DNA of 64,000 nucleotides, from the NCBI GenBank assembly GCA_963806185.1, contig CAWDXE010000001.1, forward strand, positions 192,001 through 256,000, read 5' to 3'. Positions within the stretch are counted from its first letter, which is position 1. Each line of letters begins with the position of its first letter. A model generated the notes under the pieces. It was not told where the DNA came from. It searched no databases and saw nothing but the letters and a program-made list of their open reading frames with translations. The stretch comes from an uncultured candidate division Zixibacteria bacterium (GTDB lineage Bacteria > Zixibacteria > MSB-5A5 > GN15 > FEB-12). Positions 38,111 through 48,333 of the stretch are shown here, piece after piece. Made by a program: the position numbers and the translations under genes.

Positions 38111-41100
38111 ATGAAAATGATCAGGAAGCTTACAGTGTTGCTCGTCCTTAGCCTGATTGCGATCGCGTTTATCGCGGTTTCCATCGACGCTAAGTCGGTT
38201 TTCGACAAAGGCAAGCGTGTCGTCGACGAGCGGACCAATAAAGTCACGACCTTCAGTTTCACGGGCAAACGTCCTCTCGTGGCCCGTGGCGACGTACCCG
38301 AGCTCCCCACGCCGACCACGTCGAGCGCCGTCCGCTCATCGCTGGGCGTTCCGGCGACTGCCGGACAGTCGGCGTCTCCGGGATTTACGGTTGACGTATC
38401 GTATAATGACGACCAGTACATTCCGTCGGCCGGTCACCAGGTCGAATGGCGGGGTACGTCGCCGTACGTGCAATTCGCGTATGGCAACGCCAATTCGAAG
38501 GGAGATATCAGCCGATTCGGCTATAACGTGTATGACCCGGTTCTGGGCAACTGGCCGCGCACGGCGGAAGTTGGCTGCGAGATTCAGGGTGCCGGCGATA
38601 TCGGGACCCAGGTCGACATGTCGCTCAATTCGAGCGGATTTGTGGTGATTGGCGGCGTGGACGGAACGACCACGGCCACCCAGGACAACCACTTTTTCTT
38701 CCAGACGGCGAAGTTCAGCTGTACGTGGGGCACCGGCACGAAGATAGCGGCGAGCCAGTACAATGTGAACTTCCTGGCGTCGACAAACCTGCTGCACCAC
38801 CCGCGCATAGAGTCGCAGACCTGGGCTGGTCAGACCTACACGCACGTGGTGGCGGTAGAGAGCAAAGTGCAGGATGTGACGACAGAGTTCCGTCGCAACA
38901 CGCTGCATTATTTCCGCAAGGTAGGGACGGCACAGGCCGGGACCTGGACCGGTCCGGTCACGCTTGACACGATCGCGTCGGTGTCGAATTCCCAGCGGGT
39001 CAACGCAGCCAGCATCGTGTCCTCGCGGGTGTCGCCGAAAGTGGCCGTCGTGTATGTAGTACCGACGGCTGAGGGTTTAGCCCATCAGCAGCGGTATGAC
39101 GCGGACATCTGGTACACCGAGTCTGACTCGGTGGGCGCCACCTGGGGACCGCGGGTCAACATGACCGGTTTCCATCATGACGTCGCCTCCAAAACATCTT
39201 TTATGGGATCGGTCGGTTTCTACGATACGCAGGGTTTCCTGCACATCATTTTTGATGCTACCGACGTTCCTGCCGGCGCGTATGACCCGGCGTCCTCGTA
39301 CTTCTGGGGAGATTTCTCGAACAGCCTCTATCACTGGTCGAAGCGTGTGGCTGGGACGTACGCTGGCGGCACGATCGCCAAGATCCACAACTCTGAATGG
39401 GGCATTGATCTCAACACCGAGGTTTGCGGATTCGGCTCTCCGGGTACCGGATACACCGGGTTCTATTCGGTGGCCGAGTGCGACGGTCGTTTGTACGTCA
39501 TATTCACCCAGTATCTTGACTATTTTGGTATTTTCACCGGCACGTCGCACATTGATGACTGCGCGGTGGGTGCGTCGGACCGTCTCTACGCCGCCAACGG
39601 CGAGGTGTGCGTCTGCGTCTCGTCCGATCGTGACGGTATGCTCTGGGATGCCGCACGTAACCTGACGAACACGTATACGCCTAACTGCGACTCGGCGGGC
39701 GGAACCGGCGGCGAATGCGCCAACGACACGCGGCCGACCGTATCGCGGTATGGAATGAACGTCAATTCGTTTGACACCAATGCGGTGCACGTGAACCTGA
39801 CCTGGCCGGGGACGGATCTGATCGTTCCGGCGGGTGGTACGGCCGATTCGATGTTCCTGCATGTCTTCTATACGGCCGACAAGTTCCCGGCGCCGGGCTG
39901 GCGCGATACGACGACCTACAACCGGGCGACGCCGAACCCGCTCAAGTGGATGCGTCTGGCTTGTGTCGATCCTATCAGTGCGCCGCAGATTCGGGTGTCG
40001 CCGAACCTGATCGCCTATCCGGAGTACACCAAGCATAATACGCAGAAGAGCGTGACGGTCACGGTGACCAACGAAGGGAACGAAGATCTGCATGTGACCA
40101 CGATCGGGACGGACAAGGTCAGTCCGATCACGCCGAACTGGCTGGCCACCTCGGTGGGAAGCCTGACGGTCGCGGCGGGTCAATCGAACACAGGAACGTT
40201 TAACGTCCTGCTTAACGGTCCCGGCCTGATCAACAGCCCGGGGACGGTAGTGGCGCTGAACGGTGAAGTGTATTTGTTATCGGATGCACCGGCGCCGCGC
40301 GACTCGGTATCGATCTTTATCGAGAACTTCCTGGTGGCCGACACGGTGGTGGGTCTGGACTTTGACACGGTGGTGACCTGCGGCGTGGAGTTGATGGTGG
40401 ACAACCATGGGAACATGGGCAGCCAGGGTCAGGGCAAGGTCAATCTGGACTTTGTCGGCTCGGGTGAGTGCGACACGTCGGGGGCGAAAACCTACCTGTA
40501 TGACGGTGGACCGATGTTGATTCGGAACCTGGGTGGTGGTTCGTTTGTGTACAGCAACGCGTTGTTTGAAGATGACTTCAGCACGGCCCAGTCGTTCAAG
40601 CCGTTGACGGGTCCGGTGCCGGCCAGTTTCGTGGGTCCGGCGGGCTCTGACGGTTATTTCACGGGCACTTTTGTGACTCGTGACACGGCGGTGGGCATGC
40701 AGTTGCGGTACTACGGTCCGACGGACGGTGGCGACAACTGCGACTTCGTCATTCAGCAGATGAAGGTGTTCAAGATGACGCCGGGGACGCTGACGGGAAT
40801 CACGGTTGGTCAGGGGATCGACTGGGATATTCGTTCGGACAGCGGTGCGCAGAACTCGTTCAATCGTTCGGGGGTAGCGACCGACTCGTCGTTTGTGTAC
40901 CAGCGTGGTGTGGACACGGGCGCGGTGACCGGTTGCAATCCTGATTCGGGTCGTTATGGCGCCCAGGCGGTGCTGGGGATGTACCTGAAGTCGGACAGTG
41001 TGGCCAACAATTGCGCCACGAGCAACATTTACGGTATGTACGCGCAGTACAATGACACGTTGTTCAAGTACGACACGTTGTCGGAGAATCTGGAAGCGAA

Positions 41101-41557
41101 CTTCTACTGGAACGAGATGGGGATCGCCGGCTATCGCAGTCGTGCGGGGGTTCGCGATTTCCATATGATCACGACCTACAAGTACAACACGAGTTTGAGC
41201 AACACCGACACGTTGACCTGTTGGACGGTGATGACGTCCGTGCGGAACGGGACGTTGACCGATCTGGCGGCCAATGTGGCGGCGGCCAAGGCCTGGTTCT
41301 TTGCCAATCTGCGTCCGGGTTGCGGATCGTGTTGTGTCGGCAGCGTGGGTAATATTGATGGTGACATCACTGACGGCGTTGACGTTGGTGACCTGACCAA
41401 GTTGATCAACAACCTGTTCATCACCTTTGAAGCGATAGCCTGTCCGGCGGAAGCCAACTGTGATGGCGATCCGCTGAACAGTGTCGACGTAGGTGATTTG
41501 ACGGCACTGATTAACAACCTGTTTATTACGTTCGCGCCGCTTCCTGCCTGTCAGTAA
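38111..41557 (+). CDS. Large secreted/surface protein, copy 1 (Asp-box propeller-like region, Ig-like domain, C-terminal dockerin-like domain)
   Basis: Signal peptide; ESDSVGATW Asp-box-like motif; VTVTNEGNEDLHV Ig-like domain; C-terminal duplicated NxDGD..VDVGDLTxLINNLF flanked by Cys. The start may be ATG 38117. Confidence 0.9.
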   Translation: MKMIRKLTVLLVLSLIAIAFIAVSIDAKSVFDKGKRVVDERTNKVTTFSFTGKRPLVARGDVPELPTPTTSSAVRSSLGVPATAGQSASPGFTVDVSYNDDQYIPSAGHQVEWRGTSPYVQFAYGNANSKGDISRFGYNVYDPVLGNWPRTAEVGCEIQGAGDIGTQVDMSLNSSGFVVIGGVDGTTTATQDNHFFFQTAKFSCTWGTGTKIAASQYNVNFLASTNLLHHPRIESQTWAGQTYTHVVAVESKVQDVTTEFRRNTLHYFRKVGTAQAGTWTGPVTLDTIASVSNSQRVNAASIVSSRVSPKVAVVYVVPTAEGLAHQQRYDADIWYTESDSVGATWGPRVNMTGFHHDVASKTSFMGSVGFYDTQGFLHIIFDATDVPAGAYDPASSYFWGDFSNSLYHWSKRVAGTYAGGTIAKIHNSEWGIDLNTEVCGFGSPGTGYTGFYSVAECDGRLYVIFTQYLDYFGIFTGTSHIDDCAVGASDRLYAANGEVCVCVSSDRDGMLWDAARNLTNTYTPNCDSAGGTGGECANDTRPTVSRYGMNVNSFDTNAVHVNLTWPGTDLIVPAGGTADSMFLHVFYTADKFPAPGWRDTTTYNRATPNPLKWMRLACVDPISAPQIRVSPNLIAYPEYTKHNTQKSVTVTVTNEGNEDLHVTTIGTDKVSPITPNWLATSVGSLTVAAGQSNTGTFNVLLNGPGLINSPGTVVALNGEVYLLSDAPAPRDSVSIFIENFLVADTVVGLDFDTVVTCGVELMVDNHGNMGSQGQGKVNLDFVGSGECDTSGAKTYLYDGGPMLIRNLGGGSFVYSNALFEDDFSTAQSFKPLTGPVPASFVGPAGSDGYFTGTFVTRDTAVGMQLRYYGPTDGGDNCDFVIQQMKVFKMTPGTLTGITVGQGIDWDIRSDSGAQNSFNRSGVATDSSFVYQRGVDTGAVTGCNPDSGRYGAQAVLGMYLKSDSVANNCATSNIYGMYAQYNDTLFKYDTLSENLEANFYWNEMGIAGYRSRAGVRDFHMITTYKYNTSLSNTDTLTCWTVMTSVRNGTLTDLAANVAAAKAWFFANLRPGCGSCCVGSVGNIDGDITDGVDVGDLTKLINNLFITFEAIACPAEANCDGDPLNSVDVGDLTALINNLFITFAPLPACQ

Positions 41558-41588
41558 GCAGTCGAACCGATAGACGGTGACGATGAGA

Positions 41589-41626
41589 TACGGCCACCTC
41601 CCCCCGGGGGGTGGCCGTACGTGTTT
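41589..41626 (+). terminator. Terminator hairpin after surface protein 1
   Basis: TACGGCCACC..GGTGGCCGTA followed by CGTGTTT; the same hairpin follows copy 2. Confidence 0.65.
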
Positions 41627-41774
41627 GCGGAAAAAATCCAGAGGATCGGCATGCTTCCGGGTCGACGGGGGTCGGGCGTTCCCGGGCTGGAAGCGGATTC
41701 AGGACAAAATCGGTCAAGGGGAATTCCTTAGGCCACTAGTTGCTTGCAGGACAAGGGCCCCGCTGAAATTGGCA

Positions 41775-41803
41775 TTGACAAAATCCGTCGCTGCATATAC
41801 ATT
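41775..41803 (+). promoter_or_regulatory. sigma70 promoter (surface protein 2)
   Basis: TTGACA (41775-41780)-N17-TACATT (41798-41803). Confidence 0.62.
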
Positions 41804-42134
41804 TCGTATGCTGGAGAGGTTTGCCTTAGGGACAGAGTATCCGGGCCCGGGCCTTCAACGCTACTTCGTCTCGAAGATAGATTTCTACAATTTATTGATC
41901 GTGCATACGTGAGAACATAACCGACAATCGACCTTGGACGATAAGGTCGCCTCCGTCGTAGTCACGATATCGGCGGGACAAGGAAAGGAGGTAATCTCAG
42001 CAACGAGTAACACGGCGTTCGGCCCTCGGCTTTGGGCCATCGGACGCGCATGCTGTGCGTGTAGAAATGGACACGCAGAGCATTGCTAGCTTCTTCTTTG
42101 GGACAATTATTTGGGAATCGAAAGGAGCACGGGA

Positions 42135-45100
42135 ATGATAAAGAGACTTCCCACGCTGTTTATTTGCGTTCTTGTTGCAGTGGCCTTCATTGCTGCTTCC
42201 GTGGATGCAAAATCGAATTTTGACAAAGGCAAGCGTGTCGTCGACGAGCGGACCAATAAAGTCACGACCTTCAGCTTCTCCGGTAAGCGCCACCTGGTTG
42301 CTCAGGATGACGTACCGGAGCTCCTCACGCCGACCACGTCGAGCGCCGTCCGCTCATCGTTGGGCGTTCCGGCGACTGCCGGACAGTCGGCGTCTCCGGG
42401 ATTTACGGTTGACGTATCGTATAATGACGACCAGTACATTCCGTCGGCCGGTCACCAGGTCGAATGGCGGGGTACGTCGCCGTACGTGCAATTCGCGTAT
42501 GGCAACGCCAATTCGAAGGGAGATATCAGCCGATTCGGCTATAACGTGTATGACCCGGTTCTGGGCAACTGGCCGCGCACGGCGGAAGTTGGCTGCGAGA
42601 TTCAGGGTGCCGGCGATATCGGGACCCAGGTCGACATGTCGCTCAATTCGAGCGGATTTGTGGTGATTGGCGGCGTGGACGGAACGACCACGGCCACCCA
42701 GGACAACCACTTTTTCTTCCAGACGGCGAAGTTCAGCTGTACGTGGGGCACCGGCACGAAGATAGCGGCGAGCCAGTACAATGTGAACTTTTTGACCACG
42801 GCCAACCTGCTGCATCACCCGCGCATAGAGTCGCAGACCTGGGCTGGTCAGACCTACACGCACGTGGTGGCGGTAGAGAGCAAAGTGACGGACCTGACGA
42901 CAGAGTTCCGTCGCAACACGCTGCATTATTTCCGCAAGGTAGGGACGGCACAGGCCGGGACCTGGACCGGTCCGGTCACGCTTGACACGATCGCGTCGTC
43001 GTCCAACTCTCAGCGCGTGAACTGCGCCAGTATCGTAGCCTCCCGCACCTCACCTAAGGTGGCGGTGGTCTATACCGTACCGACGGCCGAAGGTTTGGCG
43101 CATCTGCAACGGTACGACAACGATGTCTACTTTACGGAATCAGATTCCGTGGGCGCGACCTGGGGCGCGCGCGTCAATATGACCAACTACACGCACACGA
43201 CAGCATCATTTACGGCAAACCTCGGTGCTTTTGGTCTGTACGATTCGCAGGGGTTCCTGCACATTTTGTTCAGCGCACAGCCGGTTGATGCTCTTCCGTA
43301 TGCTCCCACGTCGTCCTTCTTCTGGGGAGATTTCTCCTGCTCGCTGTTCCACTGGTCGAAGCGTGTGGCCGGGTCGAATGCCGGCGGCACGATCGCCAAG
43401 GTACACAATGCCGAGTGGGGCATCGACGTTAACACCGAAGTCTGCGGATTCCCGAGCCCGGGTTCTTCTTATCTTGGGTTCTATTCGCTGGCCGAGTGCG
43501 ACGGTCGTTTGTATGCGGTGTTCAGCCAGTACAACGACTACTATGGCAACTTCGGCACGTCGCACATTGACGACTGCGCGGTGGGTGCGTCGGACCGTCT
43601 CTACGCCGCCAACGGTGAAGTCTGCGTAACCGTATCATCCGATCGTGACGGTATGCTCTGGGATGCTGTTCGTAACCTGACGAACACGTATACGCCTAAC
43701 TGCGACTCGGCGGGCGGAACCGGCGGCGAATGCGCCAACGACACGCGCGCCACGGTATCGCGGTACGGAATGAACGTCAATTCGTTTGACACCAATGCGG
43801 TGCACGTGAACCTGACCTGGCCGGGGACGGATCTGATCGTTCCGGCGGGTGGTACGGCCGATTCGATGTTCCTGCATGTCTTCTATACGGCCGACAAGTT
43901 CCCGGCGCCGGGCTGGCGCGATACGACGACCTACAACCGGGCGACGCCGAACCCGCTCAAGTGGATGCGTCTGGCTTGTGTCGATCCTATCAGTGCGCCG
44001 CAGATTCGGGTGTCGCCGAATCTGATCGCCTATCCGGAGTACACCAGGCACAATACGCAGAAGAGCGTGACGGTCACGGTGACCAACGAAGGGAACGAAG
44101 ATCTGCATGTGACCACGATCGGGACGGACAAGGTCAGTCCGATCACGCCGAACTGGCTGGCCACCTCGGTGGGAAGCCTGACGGTCGCGGCGGGTCAATC
44201 GAACACAGGAACGTTTAACGTCCTGCTTAACGGTCCCGGCCTGATCAACAGCCCGGGGACGGTAGTGGCGCTGAACGGTGAAGTGTATTTGTTATCGGAT
44301 GCACCGGCGCCGCGCGACTCGGTATCGATCTTTATCGAGAACTTCCTGGTGGCCGACACGGTGGTGGGTCTGGACTTTGACACGGTGGTGACCTGCGGCG
44401 TGGAGTTGATGGTGGACAACCATGGGAACATGGGCAGCCAGGGTCAGGGCAAGGTCAATCTGGACTTTGTCGGCTCGGGTGAGTGCGACACGTCGGGGGC
44501 GGACACCTACCTGTATGACGGTGGACCGATGTTGATTCGGAACCTGGGTGGTGGTTCGTTTGTGTACAGCAACGCGTTGTTTGAAGATGACTTCAGCACG
44601 GCCCAGTCGTTCAAGCCGTTGACGGGTCCGGTGCCGGCCAGTTTCGTGGGTCCGGCGGGCTCTGACGGTTATTTCACGGGCACCTTTGTGACTCGTGACA
44701 CGGCGGTGGGCATGCAGTTGCGGTACTACGGTCCGACGGACGGTGGCGACAACTGCGACTTCGTCATTCAGCAGATGAAGGTGTTCAAGATGACGCCGGG
44801 GACGCTGACGGGAATCACGGTTGGTCAGGGGATCGACTGGGACATTCGTTCGGACAGCGGTGCGCAGAACTCGTTCAATCGTTCGGGGGTAGCGACCGAC
44901 TCGTCGTTTGTGTACCAGCGTGGTGTGGACACGGGCGCGGTGACCGGTTGCAATCCTGATTCGGGTCGTTATGGCGCCCAGGCGGTGCTGGGGATGTACC
45001 TGAAGTCGGACAGTGTGGCCAACAATTGCGCCACGAGCAACATTTACGGTATGTACGCGCAGTACAATGACACGTTGTTCAAGTACGACACGTTGTCGGA

Positions 45101-45572
45101 GAATCTGGAAGCGAACTTCTACTGGAACGAGATGGGGATCGCCGGCTATCGCAGTCGTGCGGGGGTTCGCGATTTCCATATGATCACGACCTACAAGTAC
45201 AACACGAGTTTGAGCAACACCGACACGTTGACCTGTTGGACGGTGATGACGTCCGTGCGGAACGGGACGTTGACCGATCTGGCGGCCAATGTGGCGGCGG
45301 CCAAGGCCTGGTTCTTTGCTAATCTGCGTCCGGGTTGCGGATCGTGTTGTGTCGGCAGCGTGGGTAATATTGATGGTGACATCACTGACGGCGTTGACGT
45401 TGGTGACCTGACCAAGTTGATCAACAACCTGTTCATCACCTTTGAAGCGATAGCCTGTCCGGCGGAAGCCAACTGTGATGGCGATCCGCTGAACAGTGTC
45501 GACGTAGGTGATTTGACGGCACTGATTAACAACCTGTTTATTACGTTCGCGCCGCTTCCTGCCTGTCAGTAA
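42135..45572 (+). CDS. Large secreted/surface protein, copy 2 (paralogue of 38111-41557)
   Basis: AAAGGAG then ATG 42135; same architecture, long stretches identical in DNA to copy 1. Confidence 0.9.
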   Translation: MIKRLPTLFICVLVAVAFIAASVDAKSNFDKGKRVVDERTNKVTTFSFSGKRHLVAQDDVPELLTPTTSSAVRSSLGVPATAGQSASPGFTVDVSYNDDQYIPSAGHQVEWRGTSPYVQFAYGNANSKGDISRFGYNVYDPVLGNWPRTAEVGCEIQGAGDIGTQVDMSLNSSGFVVIGGVDGTTTATQDNHFFFQTAKFSCTWGTGTKIAASQYNVNFLTTANLLHHPRIESQTWAGQTYTHVVAVESKVTDLTTEFRRNTLHYFRKVGTAQAGTWTGPVTLDTIASSSNSQRVNCASIVASRTSPKVAVVYTVPTAEGLAHLQRYDNDVYFTESDSVGATWGARVNMTNYTHTTASFTANLGAFGLYDSQGFLHILFSAQPVDALPYAPTSSFFWGDFSCSLFHWSKRVAGSNAGGTIAKVHNAEWGIDVNTEVCGFPSPGSSYLGFYSLAECDGRLYAVFSQYNDYYGNFGTSHIDDCAVGASDRLYAANGEVCVTVSSDRDGMLWDAVRNLTNTYTPNCDSAGGTGGECANDTRATVSRYGMNVNSFDTNAVHVNLTWPGTDLIVPAGGTADSMFLHVFYTADKFPAPGWRDTTTYNRATPNPLKWMRLACVDPISAPQIRVSPNLIAYPEYTRHNTQKSVTVTVTNEGNEDLHVTTIGTDKVSPITPNWLATSVGSLTVAAGQSNTGTFNVLLNGPGLINSPGTVVALNGEVYLLSDAPAPRDSVSIFIENFLVADTVVGLDFDTVVTCGVELMVDNHGNMGSQGQGKVNLDFVGSGECDTSGADTYLYDGGPMLIRNLGGGSFVYSNALFEDDFSTAQSFKPLTGPVPASFVGPAGSDGYFTGTFVTRDTAVGMQLRYYGPTDGGDNCDFVIQQMKVFKMTPGTLTGITVGQGIDWDIRSDSGAQNSFNRSGVATDSSFVYQRGVDTGAVTGCNPDSGRYGAQAVLGMYLKSDSVANNCATSNIYGMYAQYNDTLFKYDTLSENLEANFYWNEMGIAGYRSRAGVRDFHMITTYKYNTSLSNTDTLTCWTVMTSVRNGTLTDLAANVAAAKAWFFANLRPGCGSCCVGSVGNIDGDITDGVDVGDLTKLINNLFITFEAIACPAEANCDGDPLNSVDVGDLTALINNLFITFAPLPACQ

Positions 45573-45603
45573 GCAGTCGAACCGATAGACGGTGACGATG
45601 AGA

Positions 45604-45640
45604 TACGGCCACCTCCCCCCGGGGGTGGCCGTACGTGTTT
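45604..45640 (+). terminator. Terminator hairpin after surface protein 2
   Basis: TACGGCCACC..GGTGGCCGTA-CGTGTTT. Confidence 0.65.
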
Positions 45641-45664
45641 GCGGGAAGAGCCCCGGGAGCGCTC

Positions 45665-47056
45665 TCAAACCCTCACAGCAGCGCGCTCGACGGTGACGGC
45701 CCCCACAAGGGAATCCACCCAGAAATAGCTTTCCTGGTGAAACGGCAGGTATACGAGTTGCCAAGCCGTGGGCATGAACTTGGCGGCCAATAACGTCGAC
45801 TGTCTCTCGATGGCGGCCCGGGTGAGCAGGGCATCGGCCAGATTGATCGCCTCATCATATGACACCGTCACGGGCGGGAGCTTGGACGGTACCTCGTCGG
45901 AGAGTCCCCGCGAGATCAAGTCAGCGCCGGAGGCACGACGGACCAGTCGGAAGGCGGCTTCAACGTTGGGCATCTCGAAGGCCGGGAGCATCAGCCACTC
46001 CGGCGGATATTGATAGCCGAAGAATCGCATGATTTCCTTCCGATCGAGATCGCGAATCTGAAATGCCCAAAACGGGAGATACGAATCACCGGTGAAGCCC
46101 GGCAGGCAGTGAGCCGAAGTGACTGTGCCGGCACAGTTGCCGAGAAGAGTCCAGCGACCGCAGCTCGCGCAATGGTACACGAGTGAAACGGTTGATTCAA
46201 AATCGGTTCCGCAGGTAGCACAGCAAAGGGATTCAACAATGACAGTCTGGACCGGGGTATTCACGGTGGGCGGTTCCGGCCCGGATACATTTTGGTCAGG
46301 TTGTTCAGCGCACGAGACCACATTGCCGGTAACACCATCGACGATAAGTCGAAAGGCACTGGACGAATAGCACTCGGCCACCATATACGGAAAGTGGATT
46401 AGTGAAAAGACAGGATTGAGAAGTTCAGTCCGATTGACGCCGGAACCGGGCGAGTCCAGCGAATCGAGCCGATCCAGACCGGTTCGGATTCTCGTGGCCG
46501 CCTCCTCCCTCGGGCGAACGACCGACAAGACATCAAACGCGGCTTCCCGATACGGCTCCGCAAAGGGAAACAGCTTAAGGTATGCGGCGCGCAAACCGAG
46601 CGTATCAGGAAAGTCAGCCGATCCCGCACCGGCGGCTATGGCGTTTACGTAGGGAGTCAGGCTGACCGTGCGAACGTTTTGAGTCTCCTCCACGTCAGCG
46701 GATGGATCGATCTCGTTGGCGTGGATGCGCGTGACACTGGAGTTACGGATCTTGAGAAGCGAAGCGTCGATTTTCCAGTACGGGTAGTACACCCATTTCA
46801 TCAGGAGGTCATGGCCCGTGAGGGGCAAGCCGTGTTCCTTGAGATAGCGATCAATCAGAAACCGGAGTTGTGATTCGGTCCTGGTGACGCGCGCCACCCA
46901 AGCCGCTGCCCCCTGGGGCATGACAATGCGCAGGGAGGCGCCACAATGGGCACAGCGGGTCGCGCGGATGGAATCCAGGAATTCCAATTCAGCGCCGCAG
47001 CCGGGGCAGGTGCAACCGAAAACGAGTCCGGCGTCAGGCCGACGTTGAATCGCCAT
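45665..47056 (-). CDS. Zinc-ribbon domain protein (two CxxC..CxxC ribbons, internally duplicated)
   Basis: [13 protein letters not shown] and CATCG..CASCG; YYPYW / HFPY / YLPFW / YLPF motifs; downstream of the SPFH gene. Confidence 0.75.
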   Translation of the reverse strand: MAIQRRPDAGLVFGCTCPGCGAELEFLDSIRATRCAHCGASLRIVMPQGAAAWVARVTRTESQLRFLIDRYLKEHGLPLTGHDLLMKWVYYPYWKIDASLLKIRNSSVTRIHANEIDPSADVEETQNVRTVSLTPYVNAIAAGAGSADFPDTLGLRAAYLKLFPFAEPYREAAFDVLSVVRPREEAATRIRTGLDRLDSLDSPGSGVNRTELLNPVFSLIHFPYMVAECYSSSAFRLIVDGVTGNVVSCAEQPDQNVSGPEPPTVNTPVQTVIVESLCCATCGTDFESTVSLVYHCASCGRWTLLGNCAGTVTSAHCLPGFTGDSYLPFWAFQIRDLDRKEIMRFFGYQYPPEWLMLPAFEMPNVEAAFRLVRRASGADLISRGLSDEVPSKLPPVTVSYDEAINLADALLTRAAIERQSTLLAAKFMPTAWQLVYLPFHQESYFWVDSLVGAVTVERAAVRV

Positions 47057-48168
47057 TGTTCACCGACGTTGCCACAATTTCCACAGAACTTGGAGCCGGG
47101 GATCAACTCGGCTTTGCAATTGGGGCAATGCACCTTTTCATCCAGGCGATGACCGCAATAGAGGCAGAAATTCGCCTCGGTAGGAATTTCCCGCTGACAA
47201 GCGAGGCAGCGATTCTGAGCCACCATCGGGTGGCCGCAGCGGTAGCAATACCGTGATTGTTCCGGAGTATCGGTATGGCACTTGGGACAGGTGACGGTGG
47301 CTACCGGCTCGCGCCTGAGTTCTGTCTGATCGGGCGAGAAGACCTTGGTCATGAGACTAGGCAGCATGACACCGACTCCAGCCGCCATGCCGATACCCGC
47401 ACCGGTGCCTGCGGCGCCACCGGTAGCCCCCAGTCCTTTCGCCATCTCGTATTTCATGAACTTGTCGAGGTCACCTACCGCCTCAATGCCGGAGCGCTGG
47501 TCGATCATCTGCCCTACTTCATCCGGCGGAGTGATCGAGGAGATGAAGAAATCGACGAGGGTCAGGCCGTACTTTTCGAATTCGACTCGAACGATGTCTT
47601 TGAAGTTTTCGGCCAGTTCAGTATACTTGGCCGGCAATTCGAGAAGGGTATCGAGCGTCTCGCCAAGCAGGTCGTTCATCCGGGCGACGATGACGTCGCG
47701 GAGGTAGTCCTGTATGTCCGACGTCGTGTACTTCGCCTGACGGCCGACGATGGAATTCAGGAACAGCATCGGTTGAGTGATGCGCATGGTGAAGGCTCCG
47801 TGGCCACGGAGACGAACCAGGCCGAGTTTACTGTCCTTGAAAGTGACAGGCAGTTTGGTCCCCCATTTGAGTTCGGTAAATGTCTTGAGGTTAACGAAGT
47901 AGACCTCGGCCCGAAAGGGCGAGGTGAAGCCAAAGGGGAACGAAAGCAAGCGAGTGAGTATTGGGATGTTCAAGGACGAAAGGGTATGGCGTCCAGTGGT
48001 GAAGGAATCGCAGGCGTGGCCGTCCTTGAAGAAGATCGCCATCTGACTGTCGCGGACGATGAGTTGTGCGCCGAGTTTGAAATCGGCTGATCCCTCCTGC
48101 GGCAGACGATAGATCATTTCTTTGCCGGTCGGATCGACCCATTCGATGACTTCGATCAAAAGTGACAT
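46855..48168 (-). CDS. SPFH (band-7, YdjI-like) domain protein with C-terminal double-zinc-ribbon repeats
   Basis: GAAGGAG then ATG 48168; [43 protein letters not shown]; three CxxC-x10-CxxCG ribbons. The last ~65 codons overlap the next gene and probably reflect a 1-nt insertion near 47070. Confidence 0.88.
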   Translation of the reverse strand: MSLLIEVIEWVDPTGKEMIYRLPQEGSADFKLGAQLIVRDSQMAIFFKDGHACDSFTTGRHTLSSLNIPILTRLLSFPFGFTSPFRAEVYFVNLKTFTELKWGTKLPVTFKDSKLGLVRLRGHGAFTMRITQPMLFLNSIVGRQAKYTTSDIQDYLRDVIVARMNDLLGETLDTLLELPAKYTELAENFKDIVRVEFEKYGLTLVDFFISSITPPDEVGQMIDQRSGIEAVGDLDKFMKYEMAKGLGATGGAAGTGAGIGMAAGVGVMLPSLMTKVFSPDQTELRREPVATVTCPKCHTDTPEQSRYCYRCGHPMVAQNRCLACQREIPTEANFCLYCGHRLDEKVHCPNCKAELIPGSKFCGNCGNVGEQWRFNVGLTPDSFSVAPAPAAALNWNSWIPSARPAVPIVAPPCALSCPRGQRLGWRASPGPNHNSGF

Positions 48169-48333
48169 GGCTGCTCCTTCAATACTGTAACTGCTTGCTA
48201 TATGGCCGTTTTCGGCAATTCGCGGCGATATTAGACTTGCCTCGGCGACGGTCCGGGGGTGTCCTTTTCGCTTGTGGCATATGCAGGTTGGGCCTGTAGA
48301 ATTGGGAAACTTCTGACCGAGGTAGCGGGTTAA

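Noticed and set aside
38111..45572. Diversity-generating retroelement (TR/VR pair)
   Set aside because: No reverse transcriptase in the window. Differences involve all bases, are largely synonymous, and both copies are full genes.
44292..45764. 490-aa minus-strand ORF, and similar ORFs at 39077-40183 and 40277-41164
   Set aside because: Antisense shadows of the surface-protein genes; Arg/His-rich with no recognisable motifs.
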